DNA from: Ostrea edulis
Taxonomy: Eukaryota
Length of the DNA stretch: 64,000 bases
Assembly (NCBI RefSeq): GCF_947568905.1
Contig: NC_079165.1
Location: 83,700,001-83,764,000 of the forward strand
Direction: 5' to 3'
The notes beneath the pieces are model-generated. The model was not told the origin of the DNA. It saw only the letters and a program-made list of their open reading frames with translations, and did no database searches. Both the position numbers and the translations under genes were made by a program. Every line of letters starts with the position of its first letter. Position 1 is the stretch's first letter. Below are positions 21,137 through 35,757 of this stretch, in pieces.

Positions 21137-24100
21137 CTAAGTGTGTCGCAGGCTGTACAATGGTATTTACTGTTGGAATGCAAATGGAGTTTATCGTTTT
21201 GTTTCATGGATTATGCAAATAACGGGAGTTTTACTACTACTTAGAGTATTTTCGACAAGTGTACACGTACATTTGCGGTCCTTTACAGATATTACGAGTA
21301 GACCCAGGTAAATAGTCGTCCGCATTCGATGCGTTTTCATGGCGAGCATACATGTCATGTTTATAAGTACAAAATTACTTATTTATTTGCCTTTTACTTG
21401 AAGTAATTGTGAATGGAATAGATTGTATACCCTTTGCTTATTCCATTGTATCAATAGATAATAGATGAAATATTTCTCCGCGTTTTTGTATAGTTTTGAC
21501 ATATTTACTGCAAATGTACCCACACTCACGTAAAGAAAAGGCATTCTATATATATTTATCCAAAGCTTTTAAAATGATTTACTATTGTACGATATGTTTA
21601 TTATAATTTTGAGCACTGCGTGGTGTTCCAAAACGTGATTTCATTTCTTCTTGATGTCCTGTAAATTAGTATCGGAAATGTACGTGTTACCTGTCGAAGC
21701 TATCCGTACAGGTAAATCGAAGACACTGATGTGAAGTGAAGCGTAGCAAAACTCGTCCCCTTATATACCATGCGAACCCTGATACATATAACAATAGAAT
21801 ATCCAACTAATATGGCGGATTAGCAGAGAAATATGTCGGACATATAAAATTATACTATATTTATTAATTCATGTCAGCTTTAATCACTTGTATTTGTTCA
21901 GAAGATGACATTGTTTAATGATTGACCAATGTAGTTTTTTGTATTTAGATGCATTGTTTGTTGAAAGGTGAAGATAACGAACAGTGATCAATCTCATAAC
22001 TCCTATAAACGATATAAAATAGATAGTCGGGCAAACACGGACCCCTGGACACACCAGAGGTAGGAAAAGGCGCCTACGAGGAGTAAGCATCCCCTGTTGA
22101 CTGGTCACACCCACCTTGATTCCTATCGTTATAACGACCATAGCATTTGCGAAAAGCTGATTTTTAACGAGACTGTTGAATCCCCTGTACCATCAACTTG
22201 TTTGTCAGTAGCTTGTCTCGATTTAAAAACTGACCATACGCAGAACAATCCCTTGCGCATCGAATCAGTTGAGAGATATAAACACCATATGCAGGTGATC
22301 ATGAATATTGCTACATAAATATGGTAAGTTGACGATGGAGAAGCTACAAGCATCCCGTTTGTTATAAAGTTGAGTTGTTAGTTTGCCGTTAATATCTACT
22401 TTCAATAAGATATGTATCAATGTATCTTAGCTTTCGGGTTTCGATAAATCAGCATGCACAGTCGACAATTCAATATTTAGTGTCTTTTGGAAATGTACTT
22501 TATTACAAAATCTAACATTCATACAGACATCAGCGATTTTTTTTCTCGCGTTTTCCTATATATTTGACTTTATATCCACAGAGTGGATCCGACACTACTA
22601 GGTAACGTGTAATATTGGTTTGAAAAACTACCATAATGCCCTATCCTTTTTAGCTGTCACAATGGTTACCGGTTCTTTTACAAAGTCTTCTAAATGAAGT
22701 GCAATATATCAATTGAAACGAGTTTTTATACATTGAGGAATACAACATCATTATATTATAATAACTGTACAAAAAGGAAAACATTTGAAAATGCGAAAAT
22801 AAGAGTTTCAATCATTTGGTCAAAGTTTCGGGATGTGGATAAATCTTCGTCGTTTCCAGTCCTACAAAACAAAACATCACAGATAATAACGACAAAACAA
22901 AACATCACAGATAATAACGACAAAAACATGTTTAATAATCTATGTTTGACACTTTATCTGCGAAGTCATCTTCGCAAGCCTAGTGTCTGATTCGCTTTCC
23001 CTCATCTCCCCTGAGAGTAAGCGAATCGGACACTTGGCTTGTGAAGTTCCTGCATAGCATGCACTGAACATCTAATAAAACTTGAATCATTCCTTTTTAT
23101 TCCTATCATTTTTGATTTACAAAAAACTATTGATGATACATAGCGTTTATAATGCAATTTCATCATACTTTTATTTTGGACTTGGCATTCGTCTACTGAT
23201 CACGATTCTCGTCCTTTGAAGTCCCAGGCGTCATTTCTGTTTTGTTCGTGAAATACTATGACTACAAATAGACAGAGTAATTGGAATTTCATATAAAGAT
23301 GTCTCCTCCATGTATGTTCTGCAAGGCAATCTCAAATATATCGTGTATAATGAACCCAAGAGTTCGAATTGTCTTCTAGAAAACAGGAAACATTTTCCTA
23401 GTCAGGGAATAGAATGAGCACAAAATAAAGATAAAGTGATCATTCATAGGTGGGATCAGGTGCCTAGGAGGAGGAAGTATCCCCTATCGACCAGTTACAC
23501 CCGCCGTAAGCCCTATATGTTTATCAGGTAAAAAGAGTTATTCGTAGCCAAATCAGTGTGCCAAGAACGGCCTTACAATCGGTATGAAACACGTCAGACA
23601 GCATTTAACTCAACGACCGTAGAATCTGCGAAATACTGACTTTAAACGAGACTGCTAAAAACCTTACAACATTTTCGGAGGAACGTTTTATTACAGAGTA
23701 TAAGTTGATTCGTAATCGAATCATTGCACGAGAAGGAAGTGTATCCTCTGGATTACTGATATATAGGCTTATAGGGGTATAGTAGATTTATTGCAGTTAT
23801 TTAAATTAAGCTAACCGAGACCATGGACGTTGGATGTTGTGATTATTGGGAATTCCACTTCAAATATCAAGTGTACTGTAGAATTTTAACCTGAACAATC
23901 GAAACATACAACTTCATTTTTATGGAATAAGTGGGTGAATGATCAGACTGAAAAGGGGAAGAAAACGAACAGTGATCCATCTCATAACTCCTATAAAAAT
24001 ACAAAATTAACAGTAGGGCCATCATGGACCCTTGGATATACCAGAGGTGGAATCAGGTGCCTATGTGTAGTATACATCCTCTACCGACTGGTCACACCCA

Positions 24101-27100
24101 CCGTGAGCCCTGTATCTTAAACAGGTAAACGGAGTAATAATTTGTCAAAATCAGTACATATGTTTTGAAATACACATAATATTACTTTGAAGTTGTTTAT
24201 GATACTAGTAGGCCAGGAATTAGTTTCAACAAGGTAAGACCATGCCGAAATAAGGTAACATAAGTTTTGAATTTCTTAATCAAAGCAACTCGGTTTCAGC
24301 TGGCAAATGAAAATGGAGTGAGCTGTTGGATGTAGACGATAGGGAAAAGAAAATAACCCATAAAATATCCTTCAAAGTGACGAAATTTCTAACTTCAGAA
24401 TTAAAAAATAATAGACACTGAATTTTCTTTCACTAAAATTCCAGACTTTTTTGTGAACTGTCAGTCGACTGAATGTCACAAGTTCATCCTGATATTAGAC
24501 CATAGTTAACACCTATAGTCCTAAACCTAATTATCCAATGAAAAGGTGAGGATAACAGTGACCAATCTCATAATTCGTATAAAAAATACAAAATTAAGTG
24601 TAGTAGGGCAAACATGGACCAATGTGCACAAATCGGGAACATGTTCTAATGTATTGAACGTAGTGCATCGTGCTTGCTTTCTTTTCCACATAGTATTACA
24701 AGAATGCATTACGTCAGTAACGTGACACCCTATAGGAAAGCAAGAATAATTCTTTGTTTCAACCATCCGCTAAATGAAGTTAACGTCAGGGTTGCAGGTA
24801 CAGGGATTTAATTCAATGTCAAATAGTGTGATTTAATTCATTCTTTCTCTTTTATTTGATCATGATGTATCAATTGGAGTTATTTTAATAACTTGTAGGC
24901 AGAGAAGTGCTTTGACCAACGAACTTTTATGAAATTATATATATTTTCTATTTTTCATGAATTTTGTAAGACTGCAGCAACAATAGGATTCTTTTTTGAA
25001 ATTTCCTTCAGAACCTCTTGAAGGATTTTGATGGAAATTGATAGGGATTATGTACTAAATACTCAATATAAGTATTGTTCTTATTTAGTCCGAATACGTC
25101 AAAAGGTGGCGTCATTATTTTCAAAAGTAGGTTACTGAATGTACTGTCATTTTGTGCTAATTATAGAAGCTGGCAATTTCAGTGGAAAGGAGTTCGGGTA
25201 CATATAGGTTTGACTGCTTTAGTATAAAGTATTATCATAAGTCTATTTGTAGAATGTTTTAAATGTAGGTGTTTTAGATATGAATGGCAAATATAAAATA
25301 TTGCCATGGCAACGATCAAAATTTTAAAATTTTGTATTACAAGAAAATACTCTCAGGTATATTATCTATTTTGCAAAACCTTGTTTAAATACCTTTCAAT
25401 TAATACGAAAATATAAAGAATCCTGAAAAACGAGTATCTTTATATGTTTTTTAAATTTCATTCGTTCTAAAAGTAAATAAATCGAGCAAACGACGCCTTT
25501 GAAAGAAATGATATCAGAAAGCAAGCTTAACATAGACGTAATTAACAAAAAAGAATCAGGAAACTTCTGACTGCTTTGAATGCTTGAAGGAGATGTTTCT
25601 CTGTCTCAGAAAAGTTCAATTTAATGAACATTGTGATTTTCGTCTTGAAACTGGAAACCCTAACCTCAAATAGATAACGTATGAAATTTTCGCAGTTTGC
25701 GAACAACAGCTACATATATATAGCTGCATTAATTATTTAAACAGGCTGACATGATAACGGCGTAGACGGATTGTAATGTTATGAAAGTTGGCATGAACAA
25801 CATCCCAGAAATAGAAAAATATATTTAGTCTTATTACAGTTCTGAACTTCGAAAATAAAAGAATCAGGATGAAGGTAAGTTTTACATCACGAGTGTTGAA
25901 ATACCAGACACGGAGTCCCGATTAGGGAAAGTTGCCGTTCCTGTCGAACACCCCCTTTTCGCAGTTAGCAAATTTTATATATACATGTTTATATATCTAT
26001 ATATAATATAGACTATCTATTTTGTATTGCTTGTAGGAGTTATGAGATTGAACACTGTTCGTTATCTTCACCTTTCACCATGATATATTGAACATGAATA
26101 ACGTTTCTATATGGCAATAAAATCAACAGGATAAATATTTATTTGTTCAAAGAAGAAAACATAATTAAAAAGAATAAAGACTTGAAATAATTTTTGCAGC
26201 CAAGATAAATAGACATGTTTCATTAACACATAAAAATAAACTTACGAAATAAAACTTCCCACCACGAACTAGCATCCGCCATCGATATTTCCGTTTGAAC
26301 TCCTTTTTCTGAGGTAGATATGCAACCTGAAATTAATCAAAGAAGTGAAACACCACGTGATATGTATTTGCAAAAGTATTCTCCAGTGACATTTTAGTTT
26401 TCATTTTGAAAACCATTAGAAGCCAAGGACTCTGTATAAAGTGCTTGTACTATTCTTTCATAACAAGGAATATCGGTTTCGTACCCTACCCAACGAAAAA
26501 CCCATGACTTTAGAAGATGTCATTATTTACGAAATTATAATTCTGAGGGATAAGACACAAAATACATCAAGAATCTTGCGCACACTGGTTCCGAATTTTT
26601 GTCCAATGGCTTGAAAGAGATGTTTCTTTGTCTCAGAAAAGTTCAATTTGATGTACATTTCGTCTTCAAAGTCGGATGTTTGTCAATTAGATGTATACAG
26701 GGGATGATTACTCCTCCTAGGCACCTGATCCCACCTCTGGTGTGTCCAGGGGTCCGTGTTTGCCCAACTATTTTGTATTGCTTGTACGAGTTATGAGATT
26801 GATCACTGTTCGTTATCTTCACCTTTCATGATAAAGATGATGAAGTTCTTGGTTAGTAATAATTACATAGTCTTCGGTGATCAGTTCTTCTAGAAGTCTG
26901 TTGGGGTACGCATGGGCGCAACTTGTGCTCCATTATTAGCTGACCAGTTTTTGTATTCGTGTGAGGTAAAATCTAATCAATAGCTTCTACATGAAAAAAA
27001 AAATATGCTGCTCTGGCCTTCATCTAGACATGTAAGTTGCATCAATGATGTTTTATTTATCAAAATACTCATTTTCATTCATATGTTGATTTGATATAGC

Positions 27101-27692
27101 TCGGGAAACTGGAACTGAAAGACACTTCAGAGTCGACAATATTAACCCATATTTGGGTTTTTGATTGAACATAGATGCCAAAGTGAAACTAACAACACAT
27201 TTATATGACAAACTAGATGACTCCAGCTTCTCCACCGTCATTTCCCCCACATTCATGTAGTCATATTGCTTCATCACCTGCATATGGTGTTTATATCTCA
27301 AATGATTTAATTTGCAAGAGTGTGTTCTGCGTATGATCAATATTCAATATTCAAATTAAGACAGGCTACTGACAGATAAGCTGAGATTACAAGAGTTTCG
27401 ACAGTCTCGTTTAAAGTCAGCATTTAGCAATTTTTATGATTATTATGACGATTTTATTTTCAAATACAACATTTCGTTAAGCCGAATGCTATCTGAGGTG
27501 TTTTATATCAATCATTAGACCGTTCTTTACATGCTTACTCCGTTTGCCTGGTAAAGACATACAGCTCATGACGAGTTTGACCAGTCAATAGGGAATGATT
27601 ATTCCTCCTAGGCACCTGATCCTGTCTCTGGTACGTCCAGCGCTCCTTTTTTCCTTACATGTATATTACGTTTTTATTCTTTATAGGATTAA

Positions 27693-28160
27693 TCATCTTC
27701 ACAAGTCAAGGGTTATTGATTCGTTACATCGCACTAACCCTTGACATCAGTCGCTATATAAAAGTTGGGCCAATTAGACCATTACACAATCCACTATAAA
27801 TAAAACATCCAATGAAATCATTGCATCTTGTTATGTACATGGATACAAATGACGCGATCTCATAAGGCTGTATTGATAAACACGCGCAATTGTAATATTT
27901 ACACCACTAAGAACGTTTATTGATAGTAGATCAAGTTTGGAAACCTTTCGGTTTAGGACAATATTAGCCATAACTGTAGGTATCAATACACGTGTTTTTA
28001 TTTGAATCTCTCACTTCGCGTTGTGATAAATAGAACCACATTCTCATTGGTTCCCACTATTTCGTGGAAACAATCAGAACGGACCCAACGTTTTGATAGT
28101 CACTGATGTCAAGGGTTAGTGCGAGGTAACGAATCAATAACCCTTGACTTGTGAAGATGA
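27693..28160. mobile_element. 468-bp MITE, copy 2 (both TIRs complete)
   Basis: 27693-27757 is the near-perfect reverse complement of 28097-28160; GGATTA on both flanks. Confidence 0.85.
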
Positions 28161-31100
28161 GGATTATTGAGATTGATCAGTCTGCGCTATTTTGACTTGT
28201 TCATACTTGTACTTTATGATTTAAAGCTTGATGTTCTACCTAAACATCGCATAACTGGCCTTAAAATGTTTTTCGATGTAATAATAAAAATCCGTGTATG
28301 ACCGACAAGCAGTGTATTTGAAATGAATACTTACTTGTCTTCGCCGTGTCATCTGAAGGTGGAGACTGTGCAGAATGCACTCTGAAATGTTGATTTAAAC
28401 AATGTGTTAAAACGAATCATTTAATACATTCCATTTCGATACTCTGCACTTTTAATATGATACACCAAACGACATGATACAATTACGATACGATGGGATT
28501 AACATACGGTACAATAGGATGAGCACATAGTACGTTATAATTAGCACATGATACGATGGGATTAACACATGATACAATAGGAATAACACACGATACAATA
28601 GGATCAGCATATGATACGATAGAAGTAGCACATAGTACGATAAGATTAACACACCATACGATAGGATTAGCACACAATGCGACAGAATTAATACACGATA
28701 CGATGGGATTAACACACGATACGATAGAATTAACACATGGTACGATAAGATTAATACACCATGCGATAGGATTAGCACACAATGCGATAGAATTAATACA
28801 CGATACGATGGGATTAACACACGATACGATAGAATTAGCACATGGTACGATAAGATTAACACAATATGATAGGCTTAACACGCAATACGATAGGATTAAC
28901 ACACGATACAAGAGGATTAACACACGATACGATATCATTAACATATGATACGATAGGATGTAAACACCGTACAATAGAATTAGTACACGATACAATAGGA
29001 TTGATATGATACAAAAAGATTAGTGCACGGTACCATAGGATTAGCACATGATATGATAGGATTAGCACATGATATGATAGGATTAGCACACGATATGATG
29101 GGATTAGCACACGGTACGATAGGATTAAGATGATATGACAGGATTAGCACACGGAACGATAGGAGTAGCACACGATACGATAGGATTAGCACACGATATG
29201 ATAGGATTAAAACGATACAATAGGATTAACATGATATAATAAGATTAGCAGACGATACGATAGGATTAGCACACGATACAATAGAATTAGCTCAAGATAC
29301 AATAGGATTTACACACGGTACGATAGGATTCGCACACGATACAATACCATTACACACGGTCCGATAGGATGATATGTACAACATACAATACGATAAGATT
29401 GCAAAGATTCGATAGGACCAAAAAAAAATGCAAAAGTATAACACTGCGCCGCATACTTTTAGAGCTTCTTTATACACCGGGTAAAACACTCCAGAAAATA
29501 AGTGTTATATGTAAAACGTTGAGATGGTTTCATCTTTTGATGTTTGATAATGTTCATACTGAAATTGGAGTGATTCAGGTCACACTTTTAATAATCCTTG
29601 GGTGTTTTAGTGTCATTAACGCAAGTTGTATCATTGTTCAAATCCTGGGGTAGTGTTCTACTTTTAGGATTTTCTGTAAAGGTAAATTCGTGATCTATTT
29701 ATAACAGCTGTGTAATGACGTCATACAGAAGCACATATTTGTCATGTTGTCATGATACAAAGTACTACTATGTAAACACCTAGTATAGTTTTAAAAAATT
29801 AGTGTAGGGCAGATTCTAAAGATTGTTCAATTTACGTGCATAAATGGAGTATGGCCTACCCTAGCACACCCGCGAAGAGGGAAAATATTACTGTTCAGTT
29901 CTACTTTACTTGATTACTTTTATTCATTGTGCTTCTTTGTTATCCGACCTGTTTTTATATTCTGATGAAGCGGAATTTATTCAAAAACTTTTACGCGGGA
30001 AGAAAAAAATCTCTTGCTGTGGCCTTCAATTCCACATTTATATATATCGACGATATTTCATCTATTAACAATAATAATTTTCGTTCATTGCTTTAACATA
30101 CCCGCGAAGAAAGAAAAAGAATTATTGCTTCAATAAAAATAAGATACTGTGATTCTATTTTAAATTTTTTGAGTTTTACTCATCTATTTTTCACAATACA
30201 TCCATGATTGTATTGTTGATTGATTGTATATTGTTTAACGTCCCTCTCGAGAATTCACTCATATGAAGACGCAACCATTGCCGGTAAATGGCTGCAAACT
30301 TTAGGCTTATGAGATATAATAGGGCTCACGGCGGTTGTGACCGGTCGACAAGGGATGCTTACTCCTCCTAGGCACCTGATCCCACCTCTGGTGTGTCCAG
30401 GGGTCCGTATTTGCCCAACTATCTATTTTGTATTGCATATGGGATTTTTTTTAGATTGATCACTAGTCGCTATCTTCACCTTTCATACATAAGAATCGGT
30501 GCTCTTAGTTTGTAAACTCAGCCTGGTGGTAATTGTTTATGCAAAAAGGATTTTAAAAATGAATGTTGCAAATAAACACAAAATTTATACAAATACGCCT
30601 GATGAAGAGGAATTGTTTGGCCTGATTCTATCTGATTCTTAAGTGCGTGTGCAAAAGTCTCAACTTTCAAACAAATTTCAATATATAAAACATTACCGAT
30701 TTTCACGACTCTGTTGAGATTTCATATGAGTTTCCGGGCGTTGTTTCCCCTCGGTTTTGGGGTCCTTGTTTCTCACAGAATGGGTCTTCATTCTAGAATA
30801 ACTGGATTAAGAACACGAAAACAATTTTACAATATTGGATTTTTAATCAGTGATAGAAATATTGAACTATTGTAATTTTACGTATTATCCTCTGGTGTGT
30901 CCAGGGGTCCGTGTTTCCTCAACTATCTATTTTGTATTGCTGATAGGAATTATGAGATTGATCACCTTGCATTCAAATATTCTTTTGGAAAAATTAATGA
31001 ACTTTCCTTCCGGCTTGGGATCTATATTAATACCCATATTCAATGGAACAAAATCATACAAACTGGAAAGTATGCATACTTCTGAAACAGTATATTTACA

Positions 31101-32522
31101 AGTATACATTCCATATTTTGCAGTGGTCAGAATATTTTATACGCTAGAAGTTTATGTATAGGTTAGATATAGGAACATAATTTCTTCCCATTTTTCAAGA
31201 GAATGGTTACTTTGGTGTATGAAACCACACGTAAAAAATCAATGCATAGAGCATGTTTAAATGATCAACACTTACCTATAGAGTATCAGCTGAATCCTAT
31301 TTTGCGGAGTTTCAAGTGAATTATATATGTTCGCTGCTGCTAATTAATCATTATCTACAAATGTCACTTCAATGACGTATTCATGCATATGCATATGCTC
31401 TTTCGCGAAGACCTTTCTGCAATCAATGAAGTATAGGCCACTGCTTAGAATGGTGAGTAATAAAAGTGGAAAAAGTAGTCTCTTTCTTAAGCTAGACTTC
31501 ATGAAATTTTGGAACAATATGTATAGTAATTGATAAATCTTGTATGAAAGGTGAAGATAACGAACAGCGATCAATCTCGTAACTCTTACAAGAAATACAA
31601 AATTAAGAGTTGGTTAAACACGGATCCCTGGGCAAACCAGAGGTGGGATCGGGGGCCTATAAGGAGTACATCACCTGCTGACTTGTTACACCTATATCCT
31701 TGTTAATAATGAGGTGGATAAAAATGAATTGTTGTTTGTTATCTGCTTCTCATTCAAATTCATGCATTTTTGATAAGAAAGCAGAAAAGGTTCAATTATA
31801 CAACGCTGTTAAAATAAACAAGAGTGTACACTGTATATTTCGTTCTCTATGATGAATGCTCGTCATTAAATTTGCTTGTAGGAGTCGTGGTGGATTTTGA
31901 CTTTGATAAGCAGGACACAATGGAACCTCGATGTTTATGTTCTAGGTGTGCCGCGTTCATGGTATGAGTGAAGTTCATCCGGAAAAACTGAAAACTGTTT
32001 ACAGCACTATTAAAATGTGTACAATTCGATCACATAGCACATGCCAACTTCCCCATTGATAGTATACAACATAAACATCCTGGGGAAGGTTTCTATAATA
32101 AGAGTGTATATTGCTTATTCATTGGACCAATCCCCATGGATACACTTACACTTTTGGGTTTACCTCAATACAACGCAACTTGGAGTTTGAATTCGTTCCA
32201 AATTGCACAAAATAGGCTCTTTGTCAATAAATGTTGCTTTGTTATCCTTATAATATATATCCCCGTGTGACCAGTGAGACCGCTGTAGCGAGGGAAACAT
32301 GAAATGTTCAAATTATAATCATATTCAGTAAGGTACTGTAAATAAGAAATATTTTTCTCTCTAATATCATTATATAGATCGTCTATATACATCGTCCTAG
32401 GTGTGCCACATTCATGGCATGGGTGAAGTACATCCGCATATAGTAGATAGATCATCCATGCCGTGAAGGCGGCACACCTAGGACTAATATATATATATAT
32501 ATATAGCGAAGGATATAGAGGT

Positions 32523-32571
<49 letters not shown>

Positions 32572-35500
32572 AGCGAAGATAACGAAGAGTGATCAATCTC
32601 TTAACTCCCACAAAGAACAGACGTCTCCATATGAGTGAAAATTCTCAATAGAAACGTTAAACAATATACAACCAACCAACTTACAAGGAATGCAAAAGGA
32701 AGAGTTTGTAAACACGGACCCCTGGATGTACCAGAGATGGGATCAGGTGCCTAGGAGGAGTAAGCATCCTCTATCGACCAGTCAGACCCGCAATGGGCCT
32801 TAATACTTTATCGGGTAAACGCAGTATTCCCTAGTTAAAATCAGTGTGTAAAGAACGGCCTAACAATTGGCATGAAACACGTCAGGTTGCCCTACTCTTA
32901 ATTTTGTATTCTTTATAGGTTATTGTTCACTATATGTCAGTAGATTGACATATTTATGACTATATACTATAGGTGTTAATTATGTTTTGATGGCAATTAT
33001 ATCTGGATTTAGCACAGGATGAAACTGTGATACAATCAACTGAAAGTTCACTGAAGGTGTGGGGAGGTGTCTGATAGAATGGCATAATTTCTTCCCGTGT
33101 TCATCCATGGTACAGCAGAATTTACTTAACATTATTCTAAGCCAAAAAGGTTTGGAAATATCAAATTCTATCTGGTCAGTAAATAGGATGCATGGTGATT
33201 AATTGTTATGATGCTGAATTGCTATGATTAAAAGGCGCAGAAAACGTAGTGACCAATATCATAACTCCTATAAAGAATACAAAATAAGTGTGGGACCAAC
33301 ATGGAACCCAGGACATACCTGAGGTGGGATCAGGTGCCTAGAAAATGTAAGCATCCACCGTCGACCGTGTAATACTACTTTTTGAACCTCGTTTAAGAAA
33401 CACGTCAGACAGCTCTAGAACCAATGACAATTTTCAATGGCAAACTAGACCGTTGCAACGACTATAGAATTCGCTAAATGTTGATTTTAAATGAAACTGT
33501 TTAAACTCCTGTACCATCAACTTCTTTGTCAGTTGGCTGCCTCGATTTAGAAACTGGTTATACTCAGAACACCCTCGTGTGTATCGAATGAGTCGAAGGA
33601 CATAAAACCACATGTAGGTGATTATGGAATATTGCGACATAAATATGGAAAGTTGATGTTAGAGAAATTTAACTCACCCCGATTGTCATATTGTTGAGTT
33701 CTTAGTATGCCATTAACATTTATGATCAATAAAAAATCTTAGAAACAAATCTGGAAGACTCTGCGGTGTCTTTTATTTCGAGTTCACTGGGATGTATGTT
33801 CTTCTATTTAATTATGAAATAAGTATTTGTAGGATATCAGTGGTTCATAATGTCACTGTACAATTGATTTTGAAGGCAGAAACTGGAGTGCGCTCACTCT
33901 AGGAAATGTTGAGTTTACGAAAAAGACCACACGAGAAAGGGCGAAACCACCAGGATGAAGCCAAATATATGATTTATATAGGAAATGAATACTTTTCCGG
34001 GGTTGGAATATTCTTATTCATTGACCAATTTCATTGCATTGAAGGTGAAAATATCGAACATTGATCAATCTCATAACTCCTATATAAGAAATACAAAATA
34101 AAGATTTGGGCATCAGGTGTCTAGGAGGAGTAATGATCCCCCATCGAGTCCAACTCTCAATTTTGTATTCCTTATAGGATTTATGAAATTGAGATTTCAT
34201 AAAATTGAGTACGTTATCTTCACATTTTCATATCACCAAATCTTCTAGAAATGCTTTGGTACACCGGCACATAAAAGCAGACCAGACTTCAACTCTATTC
34301 TGGAGAAAAATTTAATCGAGTTTTCATAGGGAAAATCTCTAACTACTTGTTTCAAAATATTTCCATCAATGATTTAACATTTTAAAGGCCCTGAAAACAC
34401 AGACAACTAATGCAAAAAAAAAATCTGACATGACATCCTGTTGAGCGATGTATGAATAATTAGTAAAAATTCATGAAAGCAAGTATACTACATGTAGTTT
34501 GTCTTTACCACAGTTATCCCCCTTTTATTTCCTGTAATAGCTACGTCTCTCATAATTCACAAGATTAAAGCTGACATGAATTAATAAATACGTACACCTT
34601 TCTCATCTTATCCGCCATATTTCTCTCAGGTAGCCCAATTTACTCTACCCGTATATACCCCAAATGTGATTCTCACACCTGAGTGATTTTTCTAGGTGGA
34701 TTCGACCAGTGCACATCTCCGATAGTAATATATAGGGAATGAGAAACAAATAAAATCACATTTTAAAACATTATGCTTTGCTCAAAATTACAAAATATTT
34801 ATTGTATACCAATGCAACATTCTGGAAGTTTTGATAAGTTAGACAAAAATGCAAAAAAAAAACAACCAAAAAAACAACAACAACCAAAAACCCCGGTTTT
34901 CTTGCATACTTGCAAGTGCATGCAAGTATTTGCTGTTTCTTATATAATAAATGCGGATAAATCATTTGCCAATTACATACTGATAGAATGGAATACACAA
35001 AGAGCATAAAATATATTATTTATATCAATTCTTGCAAAATAAAGGTGCATGCCATATGCATAATATGTAATGCGTAAGGTATATTCGCAAAAAAAAAAAC
35101 CCACCAAAAACCCGTATCAAATACGGCCGTCTATTCAACAGGTATCGGAGATGTGCACTTACCGAAAATATTATATTCTCTTTATTCCGATAAATCCACG
35201 AAACAAAATGATAAACTCCATTTGTATCTCGTTAGAACTTTACAACACGTTGTCATTCCATTATACAGACTGCGACACACTTCACCCGTGCCAAACAGGA
35301 TGTCTTCAATCAGGGGAGATGTCAGAGTCGAAATTTTTTCCTGTATTGAATGCTTGTCTGGTCGAGGTTTTGCAGTTTGAATATAGAAATGGGGAATCTA
35401 ATATCTGGTTGGATATATTGCGTGCACAATTCAAAATTTATCGATGATCATATACAAACTTGGATATACAAATAAGGGAACAATGATCAAAAATATATAT

Positions 35501-35673
35501 CTGTGTGAAAATGCGTGTATTACATTTGCAATCAACAATAAACAGTTGAATACACAAAGACACATCTAAAAGGAAATGTATAAACGAAAATATAGTTTTG
35601 TTTTCTCTTTTGGAACCACATGATAAAATTATTTACGGTACGGTCTCTGTATGCCCATATTCATTGATTGAAC

Positions 35674-35757
<84 letters not shown>

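Larger units (their letters stand above)
12630..21879. mobile_element. 9.25-kb non-autonomous DNA transposon with TTAA TSD and AG...CT termini (Kolobok-like), copy 1
   Basis: Perfect 22-bp TIR at 12630-12651 and 21858-21879; TTAA at 12626-12629 and 21880-21883; subterminal motif 20/23 identical (12660-12682 vs reverse complement of 21809-21831); empty site at 55-58. A TTAA TSD with 5'-RR termini is the Kolobok signature (piggyBac has 5'-YY). No transposase ORF seen. Confidence 0.8.
59..21883. repeat. Tandem macro-repeat unit 1 (~21.8 kb: 12.6-kb base segment plus 9.25-kb TTAA-flanked insertion)
   Basis: The same ORFs and non-coding landmarks recur in order at about +21.8-22.1 kb and +43.9-44.2 kb (e.g. 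SGNH ORF at 18858, 40908, 63089; TTAATCAC junction at 55, 21880, 43942). Confidence 0.95.

Noticed and set aside
12630-21879. piggyBac, or an element with long terminal direct repeats
   Set aside because: Termini are AG...CT rather than CC...GG, and the long terminal similarity is inverted, not direct.
59-21883. Whole 22-kb unit as a single giant transposon
   Set aside because: The unit's two ends are not inverted or direct repeats of each other; the TIR/TSD evidence delimits only the 9.3-kb part.
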